NCBI GenBank assembly: GCA_051530055.1
Contig: CM121343.1
Location: forward strand, 5,798,389-5,862,388
Origin: Neoechinorhynchus agilis
Lineage: Eukaryota; Animalia; Acanthocephala
Reading direction: 5' to 3'
DNA length: 64,000 nt
Shown here: piece by piece, positions 12,068 through 25,249 of the stretch
Layout: the number at the start of each line of letters is the position of its first letter
Position numbering within the stretch: the first letter of the stretch is position 1
Notes under the pieces: generated by a model
What the model saw: only the letters and a program-made list of their open reading frames with translations
The model's database searches: none
Told to the model about the DNA's origin: nothing
Made by a program: the position numbers and the translations under genes

Positions 12068-12212
12068 TTTGACGAGGGCGAGATGAATAAAAGTAATTTT
12101 GTTTAATATTACGTCCTCTACATGGGACTTCTTCAAGCAAACAATTCCGAAGTCCTACGTAGAAGACGAAATATTAAATGAAAATACTTTTATTCATCTC
12201 ACCCTCATCAGA
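12068..12212. repeat. Imperfect inverted repeat (~62 bp arms)
   Basis: GACGAGGGCGAGATGAATAAAAGTA...GGACTTC versus GAAGTCC...TACTTTTATTCATCTCACCCTCATC. Confidence 0.85.
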
Positions 12213-12872
12213 ACCAACTATGGACAACATCTTTACAATGATAATCTTGTCTAGTAATTTTTGATGTATGTAAACGCGACACATTTGAATGATTTTATTG
12301 GGATCAGATATGCGATTAAGGCATCAAGTCTTTCAGAAAACGATTGGCCTGGTCTTTTTAAAGTGACAGCGATTTAAAACAAGGAATGAAGCATTTTGTT
12401 CATTATAAAGAACGATTTTCGCCTAATAAAGTATCCAACGAGGATAGCTAAGTTTATGCAGTTTTTGACGAGTTTTGTCATATACGGAAAATCAAATTAG
12501 GAAACTAACTTAAGTATTTATTTCAAAAAAGACGCGATTACTTTAGCCATCTTCTAAATGTTCTGTGGTCCGTTTTTAAAATAAATGACGCCTGTTTACA
12601 TTATTTTTTTTCGACGATTTAGCAAATACAGTAAGGTTATGTGGGATACAAGCGGACTATCCGATCACAGGACTACCAAAACTGTAAAGTGCGTAACGGA
12701 ACACTATTTAGTCAAATAAATATTTAACTTTCGAGTAAAGCCTTTAAACGAATACATTTGGTACTTAACGATGAGGTCCTTTGACAAGGAGAAATGAATT
12801 TGATGTGTCGAACCCTTGCAAAATTTAAGCTCATTTGGTTTTGGTTGCGACTATAGCGATGGTGGTGGCCGT

Positions 12873-14144
12873 TTAAAATGAAGAAGATTTTATTGCGAAT
12901 GAGCTTGGACGCCAGGCATGGAGTGCATTATCAGCCGCCACGGAGCAAACAAGCCATGGATAGCGCACACTAAAATTAAAATCCGACATTTTGGCCGTAT
13001 GTCCTCGGTGGGCAAAAATCGCTTGAGAACTGCTTCTAGGTTCAGTCGCGTCATTTGGCACATCGGTTGCGTTTATATCCCAAATAATAACTTTACCATC
13101 ATTTCCTCCACTGGCCACAATACTGGGATCAAATGGGTGGAATTGTGTTTGAAAGACTTCATCATAGTGCCCAATAAAACTGTGAATTTGAGTATTTAAA
13201 TATCTCAGATCCCAAAGGTTAACTAGTTGGTCTGCTGCGCCAGTAACGAAAAGATGCTCACAAAACGGTGAGGTGTCAACTGAATTAATCTCACTCCTGT
13301 GCGCATCTTTCATCATGAACGCTCCACTTTCACTTGGTGACCTGATATCCCATCCAACAACATATCTATCGTCTCCAACAGATAAGCAAAGATCCTCATA
13401 ATGCCTGTGCCATCGAACATCTTCCACGACTCCAGTATGCAGTTTTCGAACGTACAATGGATCAATATGCTTTTGAGCACTAGGTTTATCTTTAATATCC
13501 CAAATGCAAAGTGTTCTATCGTCCGATCCACTTGCGACGTAATTCTCCTTCAAACTGTTCCAGTCTAACCCATATCCTTCATTTGTGTGACCTGTCAGGA
13601 TAGCATCCGGATTACAATCAATATGTGGAGACAGATCTTCAATAGAATGATCATTTAGTACATTAAAGATAAAAACGTCCGAGGATGGCGGTTTTGTTGC
13701 CACAATTGCTGGGTTTTGTGGCATATATCGCGCCCTGTTCACTTCTCCCCTGTGCTTTATTCTCAATTCTGTGCGGCTGAGACGATTGTGATTATCAAAG
13801 CCTCCAAATTCTCCATCACATACGACATCTTCGTTCAAGTCGTATTTCTGGTCACTAAGTGGGTCCGGAACAAGTAATCCGATGATCATTAGATAGTTTT
13901 GTTCATTGATTGTGTGAGTACCGGCTAGCAATCGATGCCACGAACCTTTGACGCCGGTCCGTGGTGTTACCCCCCGATATGGGGACGGTACATCATATTG
14001 ATGAGGAAGCCATTCACACGTAAGACTGGGCCATTCTAAAGATTGAACGTGCAATTCAATTAATCTCTTTCGTCAGGTTTGACAAACAAAAAAGGGATTA
14101 AATGAACTAAATAGTCGTAGGAGAGCTCAGCACTCTTCCGCCAT
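12873..14144 (-). CDS. RBBP4: RBBP4/RBBP7 (p55/MSI1)-like WD40 histone chaperone
   Basis: LEWPSLTCEWLP, LLAGTHT, IKHRGEVNRARYMPQNP, LTGHTNEGYGLDWN, HTGVVEDVRWH, AHRSEINSV, HRGHTAKMSDF; N-terminus reconstructed through two tiny 5' introns. Confidence 0.92.
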
Positions 14145-15308
14145 GATTTATACAATTCCTGTGAATTTGTAGCCGATGGCATCAATGTTTTTGCATTGGG
14201 AAACGCGGGTATAGGAGGATGCATCTATTTTGGAGGACTGAGAAGCAAACGCGTTAAGTCTAATCAAAAAGTAAAACTAATGAGTGTATCAAATGGCGCT
14301 GCTTCAGATTCTGCGATTTGCGTAGTGCCTGGCCAATAGTTAAGCCAACGCTGTCCGCAATGTAGACAGTGCCGTTTAAATACGTAGAGACCGTAATTGC
14401 GTATTGGCCAAGTTGAGACTATTTCTTAACTTTTGAAGGTGCGGATTATGACTGACTGCGACCGCAAGGTTCAACCCTCCCGTCTACCGGACTTTTGGAT
14501 CTACAGTGGCTGATCCAATAGAGGTATGAGAAAAACTCGATTAGAAACTAAAATCCGGTTATATTTTGAAAGTTAGTTTAATAAGACCAAAATACCATTA
14601 TCGATTTTAACGCATAAATCAATGGATTTAAACAAATAACGACAACTCCCAAGGTGCTTTCTTTTTGCATTACACGCCGCCGCCATTTCCCAAGAAATCC
14701 CAGGGACGAGAACGATAATATTTAGAAGGGAAACCCCGAATCACGTCGATTATGGATACAAAATATCGGTGGATATAGTTTTTCTTTCGGTTTAAACCGA
14801 GTGAAGTAATAAGAAATTGATTTTCGGTTCTTCAGACGTTCATTTCAATTTTAGTATTTGTTCTCAATTAAAAGGAACTTTAAGACCATTGATATTAAAG
14901 CGATTTAATCGGTGTGGCTATCTACACAATCTACGTTGGCATGTGATCGACGAATACAAATTCGTGGATTCAGCGTCCAGTACGCAGAGATGGCAGCTAA
15001 AAGATAAAGAAAAGGAAAAATCTTATTTCCAATCAAAGAAAACGAAAAATGCGGTTGCTGGGATGGAAATTGGTGTGCAAATTTATTTTAAAGCTCTTAA
15101 TCGAAGCATTTTCTAGCTTTTAGAAGCGAACATTTTTTAACACTGGAAAAAGTGAAATTAAAATCCACAACAAAAGGCATCAACGTTTCCGGATTTATAG
15201 CTTCTTAGTACCTGTTTGCGTTTAGGACTTAAAAACCTCTGCATTAAAGTTTACCCATTCCTCCTTCTTGGCTTTCTTTTAAACGGTCTATACACAGAAA
15301 TCATCACT

Positions 15309-15877
15309 AGAAAATCCTTAGGGTTGATAAAGTTGGAGAATGATCGTTGTCCCGGATAGCGTTTGCGATTGAGATCAAGAAACTAAACGTCGAGCAATAA
15401 AGAATGTTTACGGCCGGCGAGAGCGTTCTCTTTATTAATGTCGCACTTTCTGAAACGGTTTATCGACTGATTAAAGTATTGCAACAAACCACCTTTCAAA
15501 GGCTTTAGAAAAACGAGTTTCGCCAACGCTCTTTTAAGGAAATGTCAACTTTTGGCTACGAAATTGGAATCAAAAATACTTACAAGGGAGGCAATGACGA
15601 TAATTTCTTAATTTGAATCGTTAAATGAAAATTTAGCTCAAGAATCAAGAGAAAATCCTTAGGGTTGATAAAGTTGGAGAATGATCGTTGTCCCGGATAG
15701 AGTTTGCGATTGAGATCAAGAAACTAAACGTCGAGCAATAAAGAATGTTTACGGCCGGCGAGAGCGTTCTCTTTATTAATGTCGCACTTTCTGAAACGGT
15801 TTATCGACTGAGTTTTAAAGCACTGCAACAAACCACCTTTCAAAGGCTTTAGAAAAACGAGTTTCGCCAACGCTCTT
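15309..15877. repeat. Local direct duplication of ~225 bp (15309-15533 and 15650-15877), with a third partial start at ~15902
   Basis: AGAAAATCCTTAGGGTTGATAAAG...CGCCAACGCTCTT occurs twice with a few differences. Confidence 0.95.
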
Positions 15878-16534
15878 ATGAAAATTTAGCTCAATAATCC
15901 GGAGAAAATCCTTAGTGTTTATAGAGTTTGTATTGTGGATTCAATTGTTTTTGATGGGCTGAATATCGCCACCGGTGGTGAACGATTACGACGGCATTTT
16001 AATTCAAAAGTCTACGATCAAACGGATTCGGTAGTCACGAGCTTTCCACTAGCTCCGACCTTGATCAACATCTACGTGCTTTTCCTGCAACTTCATCCTG
16101 GCCGATTCTAACCACAACTCACTTTAAAGCACTTAAAGACTGTTCAAACGAATACGTGTGAACTCTGTGACCCAAATGATGTTGACTTCAAATCGGTATA
16201 GTCTCTATGATTAAAATTGAGCTACTAAATTACTTGAATGAGAATAGGTAGAATTTTGCTAGCTAAGAAAAGGCTACGGTTTGTTTAAAATTAGTCACTC
16301 CAAAAAATAGCCATGAGCCAATTAAATTCTTGTCAGGAGTAAATTTAGAGCACACACGAGAAACACACACTGAATCAATTTTGTTTACGTTCGTCCTGCA
16401 TTCACAACTGCTGCTAGTATCGTGCATGAGCTACCATCACCGATCATCGAAGCAACAGATTAAAGTAGCACGGTATGTGCGGAAATCGAAAATTGCTCTA
16501 TTCCTTAGATTTTAATCTGTGTCCCCTCTACTGA

Positions 16535-18001
16535 TCATAGGCGGTCAAGAAGGTCGTATAAAGTTTGCTCATCGTCAACATCATTTACATTTAATTTCCC
16601 TTGTCCATTTTCGATTTTACTTGTGGTGTTAATGCCATTCGGATTGTCTACTTGATCAAAAGAGAATATATCTGGTTGTGCTAAGAAACTATCATTCGAA
16701 AGAGGATTATAGAAGCCACTGTGAGAATATAATGTACTCGACTCGGTTATTGTATATGGAAATGTCTGAGAGAAGTTTAATTCGCGGATAGGACCTGTAA
16801 CAACCGGCAATATTGAGTTTTGAGTGGTAACAGGATAAACCATTTGATCAGGAGTAGAACTGTGTGTGTATTTTCCATTCTGTGCTGAGCACGGAAATTG
16901 AGACCATGCAGCCGCCATCGACTTAACGTGTGTCGGTACATTTAACGAATTATCATTTTGAAAAGAATCCTTAGTCCATCCGGTATACGTACCACTTGAT
17001 ACCGACGAAGGCAATGAGTTAAGGTGTTGGTCTTGAACTGTAATAAAATTATGCCGTGGACGGTCGTGATTGACAATCCGCGATAAAAGCTCCTGCTTGT
17101 TACCGCCAGTCGGAATGTTCCTTCTCCTGCATTCTTTTTGTATGTCCGCAAGCTTCACATTGCTTAGAAAATCTCGATCGCAATTTACCTTAAGATTGTC
17201 TTTTTGGATTAACTCAAGAAAGAGTTTTTGCTGTTGTCCAGTAAGAAATGCTTTTCAAAGAATAAAGGAATTCCTTACTTTAGAAGAATATTATAGTAAT
17301 CCTTATGCTTTATATTTGCACTAAGTACTTCGGGTATTGTCTCCAAACGACTCAACACTGGTTTTGTGTTAGGACCTTTATACTCATGAAATATCAAGCC
17401 ACCATTAGGACATGCAAAATTGTTCCTAGTAGATTTCGTTGACGATCTACGTTCGGTAGTTGAGCTACCCGACCCAACTCTTTCAAAGACGATCAGTCCA
17501 TCTTAAAATTAGACTTTGATGAAAAGAAAGTATGAGTATTTCCCCACCTTTCAATGCTTCCTTCACAGGAATCGGTGTTTCTAGAATATTGTGCTCAACC
17601 AACTCAAGAGGGCCAGGTCTCTTTGCCAACTTTACATTTAAATTATCGGCTAACTTGGCTCGTTTTAGGTTGTGTTGCTGCAATTGCAGTGAAGGCGCGG
17701 CATTAGTATCTTCAAGAATATGTTGATCTATTAGTACTCTCTTGTTTGGTCTATGTTCGATTTTAGTTCTTAAGGTTTCCTTTGAAGACAAGCTCTTTAA
17801 AGTAGAGAAAAATGAAAAAGGCACAAGTTGTGTTACCTTCGCGAACTTTATGTTACTTGCATGGCCATCAATTTTACCTGATCGAAGAAATGGCCGATAC
17901 ACGTCGTTCGATTGAGTCCTTTCTATCGATGCTTGGTGATTGTATATGAGATTACGCACAGTTCCTGGATTTACCAGTGGTTCAGACACAAACACATACA
18001 A
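16535..18001 (-). CDS. MRTF: Myocardin-related transcription factor (RPEL + basic/Q-rich + SAP); 5' end uncertain
   Basis: RPEL repeats LRTKIEHRPNKRVLIDQHIL and LNVKLAKRPGPLELVEHNIL; LIFHEYKGP; QQQKLFLEL; SAP domain VKLADIQKECRRRNIPTGGNKQELLSRI. Confidence 0.88.
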
Positions 18002-20394
18002 TCTACTATTGATTTAATCGGATCCTACCTGAGTTTTTACACGATTCACCATATGAATATATAGGTGCGTTAGAGTCATTTGATTGTCTTCGGTGATTTA
18101 TCCGGTTGCATGGAAACCAGTGTGTGTTCATATGTAGATGTTCAATGTGTTCTTATAATGGATTGTGGCCTGATCGAAACGTATTAATCCCTGAGGTTAT
18201 ACATGCGTAAGTCGTTCTTGTCTACCTTATTGTGAAGCAAAAACATATAGCATCCTCGAAAATATCAACAGAACGACCATAATATCTTTAGGCAAACAGG
18301 TAGCTGCTGCTGCTGCATTGATAGTACGCTGAATAAGATCGCGCATTTTGCGAGAAGCTCTTACGTTTCGTCGTGCGAATTAGTGCCATTTTTGCCAGTA
18401 GCACAATTGTGAATGCAACATGAATTTAGATTTGTTTATAGATCGCCAATACTTAAAATATCATATATTTCCTCTCCGTCCTTTTTTTAACGCCGGCGGT
18501 CATATTCTTCAATCGGACTAATTGCTCGCTATTCAAATTATGATATTTTTTTGGCCAGCCCCGCGTAACGGCTTCATTCGTTCGCATCCAAGTAATAGCA
18601 TTCCAGCAACAGCATCATTAACATTCACTTTGAGAGGCAAAACCCATTCGAATCGAAATCGATGATTACCAAAACCTTTTGAACCTCGCTCAACTTGTTT
18701 CTGATCCGTGCTAGTATTCAACTTAAACGCCTAACTGTATATTGTAGCAAACAATCATCGATATTCAACCTGAATTATTCTTTTGTAAGTAAATGCTATT
18801 GGAATGAAATGGTATCTTAAAATTCAATTATTGAACATCCATTGTAAACACTTATTAATTCGACTTACACTTAAAAGGAAAAATCTAGATAGCATCCAGG
18901 AATTATTAGCCGGATCAAATTAATTTCTTTAACAACCAATTAGGCCAATAGTTGTTCTTGTGATAAATTTCCAAAAGTCGAAATTATCGGCATGAGCAGT
19001 ACTGAATATTTTCCCGTTCACTGTTCGCTAATACCATCCCTTTGCACCCCGTAATTTTAATTATTAATTGATGGAACATCACGAAATCATCTATGAAAAA
19101 CAATCCCATGCGCTTTTCCTCGTGGCATTTCTGCGTTTCCTTTGATTGAATGGAGTACAACTATTGGCCCCAAAAAACGCCTACTTAATTTCATTGTGAA
19201 TTTATACATTTCAAAAAAACGCGACGTTTATAATCGAAAAACCTGGGCAAATCAACAATATTATGTTGATTATTAGAAAAGTTCATCAGACAAATAGTTA
19301 CACACGAGCATTCTTGAAAAAGAGTTTGCGGCTTCATTAAAAATTTATTCGGTGCAAAACCTTGTTGATGGCAATTCCATAGGGAAAAATTACAATTTTG
19401 GAGACCAATCTTCTTGAGTTCATAGACAGTGGAAGATTTAAGCATTATTCTTATACCATCTCGCGTAGGCACTATTTTATGCGATCCTCAAGTTATATCC
19501 ACCGAAAACCGCTTTTTGACGTTTAAATCTCCGATAAAGTACGCAGTTTAAGATAAAATTATTAGTTGGCAAGGCTTGAATTGATTTCGCGACTGTAATG
19601 CGTCTTGGTGCAACTTGCAGAAGGTTAAAGCTCATCAAATTGAATTATCTTCTCGCCAAACACAATCTATAAACTTAGATTTTTAAATGTATTCGTAACG
19701 CCATAAAAGTAGACGCATAAATTATTACGATGCCAGTTGTTTGTGCCATCTTGGAAGTGCGAATTCATTTTGACCGGACATGTGATGTATCCAGTTTTTA
19801 GAACTCGAATACGGATTGCGGGAAAGTGGTTTACAAAAACCAAAATTGGTGTAGAAATATATAATGTTAGCTTTGTTGTTGAAAATAATAACTAATCTGA
19901 TCTGTGTTCCACTTTGTTTTTTCGCTGCAAGGTCTCTGATTCTCTACTATCAACAGTAGTTGAGTAAGACAAGACGTTTCGGATAACGAGCATTCGAATA
20001 ATCGACATTCTACTGTACTATAAACTGAAGGATCTTCATACAAAAAATTAATCGTTGATCTTAAAAGGAACCTTATCTTTTTAGTTTTTATAAAATAATT
20101 TATTTGCGTTTGTTGAGGGATTTTTACGCTTGAAAAATTTCCAATATTTCTAAAAATACAAGTCGAGTGCTCTCAGTATGATCATCGAGAGTAAAGTGTT
20201 CAGATGAAGATTCGGTCAAAAATTATTCGCCTGGAACTTTACTGATTAAAGTAACAAATCTAAACATTAGTACAACACACTCGATCGTCGATATTTTCGG
20301 AACCTAAGTAATTAGCTGCCAATCCAGGATTTTTGAGCATGAAACAATTACTTCGATAATTACGCATTGTCTACATTGCTCTAAGTCACAGACT

Positions 20395-22225
20395 CTAATC
20401 ACGTTTTTTGCCATCCTTCAATTTATCCAGTTCAGTGACCGCCTTATAATCCGCACATCCAGCGTCTCGTTTGCATGCACTGCTCGAGCTCATTGCAACT
20501 TTTCTACAAGCCCTTTCCATAGCGTTCCACCATCCACCAAACAGACACCCAGTAACCAAGTTTTCGAGAATCGAAAATGGTTCATAGTTTGGAAAAACAA
20601 CAGTTAGGATCCTTATATAGTACATAAATGCAACGATTCCCACTGTCAACAAGTACTTATTAACGTCAATAAGACTTTCTCGTTGGCAGGTGAATAGAAT
20701 CGCTGTCAAAGCACTTGCTTTTGATGTGCTATATTCCCTTTTAAGAAACAAGAACAAGTAGTGAAGAACTTACATCGATAGATGAGTAAAATCAGTTGGG
20801 ATGAATTGAGCACCATTAGTTCCGAATAAAAGACGCGAAGAAATTAGTATCATATAAGTTCCGCAACCTTAACAACGTCCACAGGTAACATTGGGTGATT
20901 CGTTATAAAAAATAATTTCGACTCCAGGCCGATGGTCGAGTGTCATGAATGTTTTCAGTCACAGTTTCATTATAGGTGAATGATAAGCATTCCCAAGCTT
21001 TAGCCGAGAAGGCAACTTTGTTGTACTCGTAGTATTGTTTTTATATGGCGTAAAAATTGAAATAATTTATTGAAACCAATGCCTTGATAAAGGCATAATA
21101 TTGTGCCGAAATATCGAATTCAATAAATTATTTTATCTAATGTCTGGCTAGCCGGTTACATTTTTTCTCCAAGTGTTGTGACCATCACTTACACGGCTGA
21201 TTTATTGGGCACACTACTCACCGATTGAGTGGTCAGGGGATATCTCGAACTATGCGGTTACGAGTTTTTTTATATACCTCCCGAAGAGGCGGGACTCATC
21301 AGTGAGTTTGCTCCTCTCTTCAGCGGCATTTCGTCCCCTTTGGTCGTGCGTTATCCCTTTTTTGGCCCTGAAATAGGGATTCAGAGCACTAAACCACAAC
21401 GACACAACTAAGGAATGTACAGACTCTACCAATTTTTAGTTTGGGTCAATTATTGAATTCTTTTTATCTTTAAGTGTTGTGGCCATCCCTTCCATGGCTG
21501 ATTTCTTATGGGGCACACAGTTTTCACAAAATTTAAAAATACTTCAATTTTTTCGGCCATATAACGACATGAACAACTCAATGTTCAAAACAGATAGTAT
21601 TCGTACTAGCCTATCGAAACAAATAGTTCCCGGTAGTTACCTTTAATAGTGCCTAATAGGATCATAAGTATATATGCGCCAGGATATAGATGAGATGCAT
21701 GCATAACGGCATCGTGAATTTTGCGAACCCGTTGAATCTCCTTAAACAAGTACAAGCTTATTTTTGTCACTCGGCACTTCAGCAGCCTGTATAGCAGATC
21801 AAAAGGAGAGTAGAAGATTAGATACCTGTTTAAAAAATAGTTCTAATGTTGATAGGATGAAAACAATACAGACCACGTAATGGTTATCAATCCGATCTTT
21901 CTATTGTCTCGAAGGTCCGAGAGCATCGGCTCGCCCAAGAGCAGGTTACCTACGATCGAGCCAGCATAGCATGCAAAAACGGATGTAATCCACCGAGGAA
22001 ATGGATGCCGTCTTGCTTTTTGGTCAGTTCCAACCATGCTTCCTATACTCAAAGCTGTTTCTAAGAAAATAATGCGAGCCTCTAACCTGGATTATCAACG
22101 TGCTCCTCCTCCCTTACGCTGATTATAGTTAGTAAATAATGGCAGACATCAAATATAGGGTACATTTGAAGCCGGAATATAGTGGATCCCAAATTTAGAA
22201 GCATAACATGAAAGTACACGTACAT
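20395..22225 (-). CDS. TMEM38: Trimeric intracellular cation (TRIC) channel, multi-exon
   Basis: LQMYPIFDVCHY, ARRHPFPRWITSVFACYAGSIVGNLLLGEP, YLIFYSPFDL, KEIQRVRKIHDAV, STSKASAL. Confidence 0.88.
21190..21520 (-). mobile_element. LINE-derived 3' fragments inside a TMEM38 intron
   Basis: KLTDESRLFGRY is homologous to ELTDEFSLLGRYL (~45220-45270, -) and KLTDESRFLGKYL (~60465-60505, +); shared terminal GTGYCC..ATCAGCC motif. Confidence 0.6.
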
Positions 22226-23219
22226 TGATAACAAAAATGGTCGTTCACGACGTCTATAATGGGTTTTACGGTGTGAGGGACAGAAGGAGCCCGTAAAGTT
22301 GCAAACGCTGCTAGCGGAGAACAACTTTTCTACTTGATATTTTGCCACCATAAATTTTTATTTCTGCGATGTAACAAACGGTGATAATTCATAAATACGA
22401 TACGTCAAAGACATGATTAAATTATCAAGACGATATTTAGAGCAGTGCAATATTTCTTGAACCTCTTAGATCCTTCCAGTCGGAGCCAACATTGCACGTT
22501 CTCTAGAGCCTATTGAATCCTTCTCGCACACCCACAGACAAATGGCATTGCACACCATCGTGTGATAATGAAATGCGCTATGCTTCCCCCAGGAGGAACG
22601 GTATAGTGCTTTTTTGATCAGACGTTGAGCGAGGATTGCCATGGCAGAGAAGGTGCCGTCAAAAGACTGTCTCTGTGCAACAGAATAAAGAAGCGTTGAT
22701 GTGCAGAACTATGAAACGTTGGATACGGCGGACCTGTTAGTAATTGACTGTTAACGAGCAAACGAAAAATAAATGGGAAAATTTAATTTGCGATTCTAAT
22801 TTGTCATTAAGCAAACAGCTAATAGATTGCTTATGGGGTAGACTTTTCCCTTTGCTCTATGATTTCTCGTAAATGACCATCTTGCGGAAATGCGAATCAA
22901 ACAATGCTCAGCCGATTCCGAAACGGCTTTCAAAAATCAGTTGGCGATTTCATATCTACAATTATTTTGCGACTTTTTAAATTGTTACTTCATCACTTAA
23001 TTTATTGTTTAACTAACCGAACTATTTTCCCTCTGATGCTTTGCACACTCCAACTATTCGGAATGTACAAATTGGCTTCTTTGCATAATTGATAATGTTG
23101 TTACCTATCGAATTCAGTAGAATTAAGTCGGCATACAGAATATTATTAATTTTGTTCAGTCCGTGAATGAGGGCCTATTAGTAAGACCATTTTCTATTTT
23201 GCAAATTAAGTCACTAGGC

Positions 23220-24300
23220 AAAGCTGGACGATAAGGTGAGGGCTTGTCTCGAGCGTATTTTAAATGTCCAGCTCTCAGATGAGGCATGGCGACAAGCTTC
23301 TTTGCCTGTGTCATCTGGGGGATTGGGAATTCGGGCACTAGTCGACCTTGCTTTGCCGGCCTTTCTTGGATCGTTTGAGGGGAGCCTACCAGTCTCGAAG
23401 AACATTTTGAAGGAAAAGTTCTGTCTTGACCGGGATTTCGTGGTGGCGGTTGAGGAATGGTGCCAGCAGACAGGCGCTAACCATGTTCCCGTGAATGGCC
23501 TCAGACAGTCGATCTGGGACGGACCTCTTGTCGCGAGAGCTCACAGCTCTCTACTTTCCGGTTCTCGCGATGGGGTCGTCCGAGCTAGACTGTTGGCAGT
23601 TTCAACACGAGAATCTGGGGCGTGGTTGGAGGCTGTTCCTCTGGCATCCGTGGGAACTCTTCTTACTGACGAGGTAACGAGGATCGCAGTATCCTAAAGA
23701 CTTGGTCTCCCGATATGCACGCCCCATCGCTGTCTATGTGGGTCTTTGGTTGATGCTTTCGGGCGACACAGGAAGGTTCTCACGCCATTCTGAAATCAAT
23801 AATGCAATTTCCCGGGCGTTGAGAACGGCGAACTTCCCGAACATCCTGGAACCCGCCCACCACTGTAGACTAGACGGCCGTAGACCCGATGGAATTTCGG
23901 TCTTCCCGTGGCGGGAGGACAAATGCCTTCTCTGGGACGCCAAGTGTGTGGATACCCTCGCAGCCAGCAACATCCCCTACTCTCTCGAAATCGCTGGTGG
24001 TGCCGCCAGTGCAGCGGAAGGGAGGAAAATACGGAAATATCTTCACTTATCGAGGGCTCACTATTTTGTCCCCTTTCGGGTAGAGACGTTTGGAGCGCTC
24101 GGCAGCTCGGCACTCTCTCTGCTCCCGGATCTCTCGAAGAAATTGAGAGAGGCAACCGGAGACTCAAGAGCAGGCGTATTCCTTCGACAAAATATCTCGC
24201 TAGCAGTACAACGGGGCAATGCTGCCAGCGTGATGGCGACGGTCGAGGAAGGACAAAAGCTGGAATTCGGCGGGAGGTGGTGAGTGTGTTAATTGTCGAG
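23220..24300 (+). mobile_element. CRE-clade non-LTR retrotransposon, 5'-truncated and frameshifted
   Basis: AWRQASLPVSSGGLGIR, RESGAWLEAVP, RFSRHSEINNAI, RLDGRRPDG, LLWDAKCVDTLAASN, PFRVETFG, ISLAVQRGNAASV. Confidence 0.92.
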
Positions 24301-24921
24301 AAATGAAGATTGATTGGTTGTCGAAATGCTCCGGAAATATCCCGGAAAAGTATTTAAACCATTTTACCGTACTTAAGGAACATGGTCCTCCTCTTCGTGA
24401 ATCTATAATAAAACGTGTTATCATTAGTGATCCACAAAAGTTGAGATCAAAACTATACAAAGACTGCCAACAAAGAGTTGAAACAATTTAATATAAGCGA
24501 TCGTCAATTTCTGAGCGACATTCGTGTTAAGCAAAATTGGCGAAATTCAAGAATTTAGATAAAATCAAAATATTGCTACACGTTTTGTGTTGATCGCTAC
24601 ATGCAAACCCATTGATTTCGGATAACTTGTATCTAAAAAATTAGAAAACTGCACCACTTTAGTCAACGACGCTTCTTTGCAGAAAATTTCGCTCGGATCG
24701 CAGCTAAATGGCTAAGGATCTAAAAGCTTAAACATGGACAGCCAAAGACTTGGTGACATTGTGATTTCGATTGTCTGCCTTAAGTGTATTTTTAGCAGCA
24801 GAATTTTTCAAAAATGAAGATCAAACGTTCATTCCGTTTCTCCTTCTGTAGAGATGTGAGTAGAACTACGAATTTAACATCCGATACGAAAAAATGATTT
24901 GAGCGCCAACATTGCTTAGAG

Positions 24922-25091
24922 ATTTTGCGTTGTGGTGAGTATATTCGCCCGGTTAAAAATCATTTTATTATTAGGAAATATTTCGAAACTTTTTATATGA
25001 TTGATGAGGCGAGGTCTCCTCTCTTTCGAAATATTTCCTAATAATAAAATGATTTTCAACCGAGCGAATATATTCACCACAAGGCAAAATT
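24922..25091. repeat. Fold-back inverted repeat (~66 bp arms) with a degenerate family B hammerhead-like core in the spacer
   Basis: ATTTTGCGTTGTGGTGAGTATATTCG...GAAATATTTCGAAA mirrored at 25024-25091; spacer contains TTGATGAGGCGAGGTCTCCTC. Confidence 0.88.
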
Positions 25092-25249
25092 TACCATCCC
25101 GATGGATTTCCTCGATATGATAATGCGAAACTAGAATCACAATTGCCATAAAAGCGATTCGTACGTTGGAATCTTGTACTATAAAGAATCAAGCAACAAA
25201 GGCCAATTTTTACGTCAACTCATCGCCTCAATGAACTTCCCGAAATAAT

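Noticed and set aside
11620-12090. Possible minus-strand gene with an RVxF-like motif (RPSVRF)
   Set aside because: A stop follows soon after the plausible intron, and there is no supporting domain
12068-12110. CTGATGAG / TTGACGAG at the outer ends of the hairpin as hammerheads
   Set aside because: No helix II plus GAAA in the required orientation
15309-15533. Helitron/PIF1 helicase remnant (KKLNVEQ..LFIN)
   Set aside because: No Walker A motif and several stops; similarity too weak
21290-21310. ACTCACTGATGAGT motif (also near 45240 and 60467) as a hammerhead core
   Set aside because: No GAAA follows helix II; the three copies conserve a peptide (KLTDES/ELTDEF), pointing to LINE coding sequence
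23156-24306. Multiple long overlapping and antisense ORFs over the CRE element (also at 9858-10396 and 61232-61738)
   Set aside because: Expected in GC-rich, frameshifted transposon sequence
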